Source of the DNA: Daphnia carinata
Taxonomy: Eukaryota
Assembly (NCBI RefSeq): GCF_022539665.2
Contig: NC_081331.1
Coordinates: forward strand, 6,200,001-6,264,000
Length of the DNA stretch: 64,000 nt
Direction: 5' to 3'
The notes beneath the pieces were generated by a model, which did no database searches, was not told the DNA's origin, and was given only the letters and a program-made list of their open reading frames with translations. Numbering within the stretch: position 1 is the first letter of the stretch; every line of letters starts with the position of its first letter. Made by a program: the position numbers and the translations under genes. Of this stretch, positions 62,075 to 64,000 are shown piece by piece.

Positions 62075-64000
62075 GGATTTTCAGAGGTTTTTTTTTTTCA
62101 AAGGATAAATAATACAAGGAGACGTCACCCCATATATTGATCGAACTATTAATATCGTTGGAGAGGGTTTTGGTCTGTAAGCAGTACACTTGTGTATTCT
62201 CTCTGTCTGTTGATGTTCTTTTCTGTTTGAACGTTTTCTTCCCTTTTTGTTTTGTGCTGCAAGTTTTTTCCCTTTGTTTTCTATTTTTGGGGTCAATCTC
62301 GACATCACATGCCTCTACCGAACATTTCCGAAACTCCTGCGACTGATTGCCTTTTGTACGCCCCACTCATTTTCGATTACACCGTTCACGAGAAATTTAG
62401 AAGGTAACAAAAAAAAGTTTGATCCATCCTTGAATTGGACGTAGGCTTGACAAAAAAAATAAAAAAGAAACAACTTTGGAAAATTCTATTATCGATTAAA
62501 TGCGAGGCCGCGTAACCAGGGATTTCGTACATGATTATTGATTAATCGTTCGGTCAATAGAAAAAGAAAGGTTCCTGCGCTCTTCTAAAGAAAAATGTAT
62601 AGATGAGCAAGACAAAAGTTGTTTGTAGCTCATTCGAAGAGGAAAGGAGAAAAAAAGGGCGATGTTAGCGTTGCTATAGAAGCGACAAGAGTCAGAGATA
62701 AGCTGCAAGAGTCGAGAAATCATATTGGAACGGAACTATCAATCCATTTTTGCGTGTGCGTGTCTCGGCTTGTTCCTTATTTTTTTTAAAATAATAAGAA
62801 ACAAGAGGAAGCCTTTGCTCCTCCTTCCTGCACGTTATAATAGCTCTATTGCGCTTTCGTTTTATTATTATTATTTTTATTATTCTTCTTCTTCCTCGTC
62901 TGCTTGCCCTCCCTTCTCTCTCTCTCATCCAGTAAGATTGCCACCGAGACGCTCTCACGTCTTGACTGAAATCTCGAGCTGGCCATGTACACGGCACACA
63001 CACATAGTGCCGATCAATACTTTGGTCTCCGCGCCTTTCAATTCTGTTCGTTGCTTTCTCTCTCTTTTTTTCTTTCATTCTTAAACACACAACAGAAAAG
63101 GAAGCCATCCAATGAGGAATCTTGGCCACTTTCAATTGTTCCCCATTTACGCGCTGTCGTTCTTAATGTACACGTAGACGCTATTGTGATGGGAACTACA
63201 TCGTAGGCCTTTTCTAATCGATTTTTATACTCGCATCAGCGTTTAAACTTGATGACATTCATTTCCAGTAGATTGTTCTATTAAAATTGCGGTGTTTTGC
63301 CACTTCCTTTCATTCATCGGGGAACTAAACGAAATTTTGAAAATTATGTCGTGTACGTTTGCATGTAAAAAATCGGTGTGATTACTTGCCGCCGTCGTGA
63401 TCAATTCTTTCAACAATAAAAAAAACAACAGAATTCGCACGAAAAGGCATCCGGCTTTCTCGTCGATTTGCCGATCACGTGTTGGGTATTTCTATAGGCA
63501 CGGGCAAAATTTTTTGGCGCCTGAGGCGTCTTTAATCTCATGACATTTTCACGAGACAGGTCTTTAACCCATTCTGCTCGCAAAGTTACCTCATGCGTAG
63601 GTATCCCTTTTAAACCGGAATTGCCCCTAGGTCCACACTGACACGTCATGTTCCCCGACTGAAAACAAAAACAAATTGAAGTGCATCCCCCCCCCCCTTC
63701 GTGCGTCCATAGTGTCTATACCATGGAACTTCAAACACAATCTTTCCCCGTGAAGGGCCATCAAAAATCAAAAATAAAATAAAATGGCAGGGGCCAGAGG
63801 CACTGCGTTTCATAGAAACGGTACCAGAGGGCATGTATAACACACAGCAATCCCATCCATCAAAAAGTTTCGTTACTCTCCGATCCTCAAACTTTTTATT
63901 TATTTTTTTTTTTTTTTCGGGAAGTTCAGAAGAAGAGCCATTTCGAATGGTGGACGTTCGTGACGTAATATTCTCAACAATTCCATTTTGCGTGAAAAGC

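Overview
Gene-dense eukaryotic (arthropod) DNA with many 55-70 nt GT-AG introns. Gene content and intron architecture suggest a Daphnia-like crustacean (inference). Twelve spliced protein-coding loci were reconstructed by hand: a 5'-partial chymotrypsin-type serine protease, a CRAL-TRIO protein, STIM, a beta-TrCP-like F-box/WD40 gene with an apparent 1-nt frameshift, a CD36/SR-B scavenger receptor, two tandem GILT-like thiol reductases, TCF25/Nulp1, PP4R1, GINS3/Psf3, HNF4 and a cytosolic sulfotransferase, plus the 3' part of G-alpha-o. The main structure that the ORF track misses is a five-hairpin microRNA cluster (miR-71, miR-2, miR-13, miR-2, miR-2) in an ~0.9 kb intron of PP4R1. This arrangement is known from other invertebrates, but here one hairpin has an unusually large loop, and miR-2 seed sites (K boxes) occur in the host-gene 3' region and in the neighbouring sulfotransferase 3' UTR. 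Other oddities: a back-to-back pair of degenerate tRNA-like Pol III boxes near 14.4-14.6 kb, a motif-dense candidate promoter/enhancer inside the large PP4R1 intron, an intron presence/absence difference between the GILT paralogs, and candidate alternative splicing in the STIM tail. I found nothing I can honestly call a wholly new biological system. All exon boundaries are read by eye.
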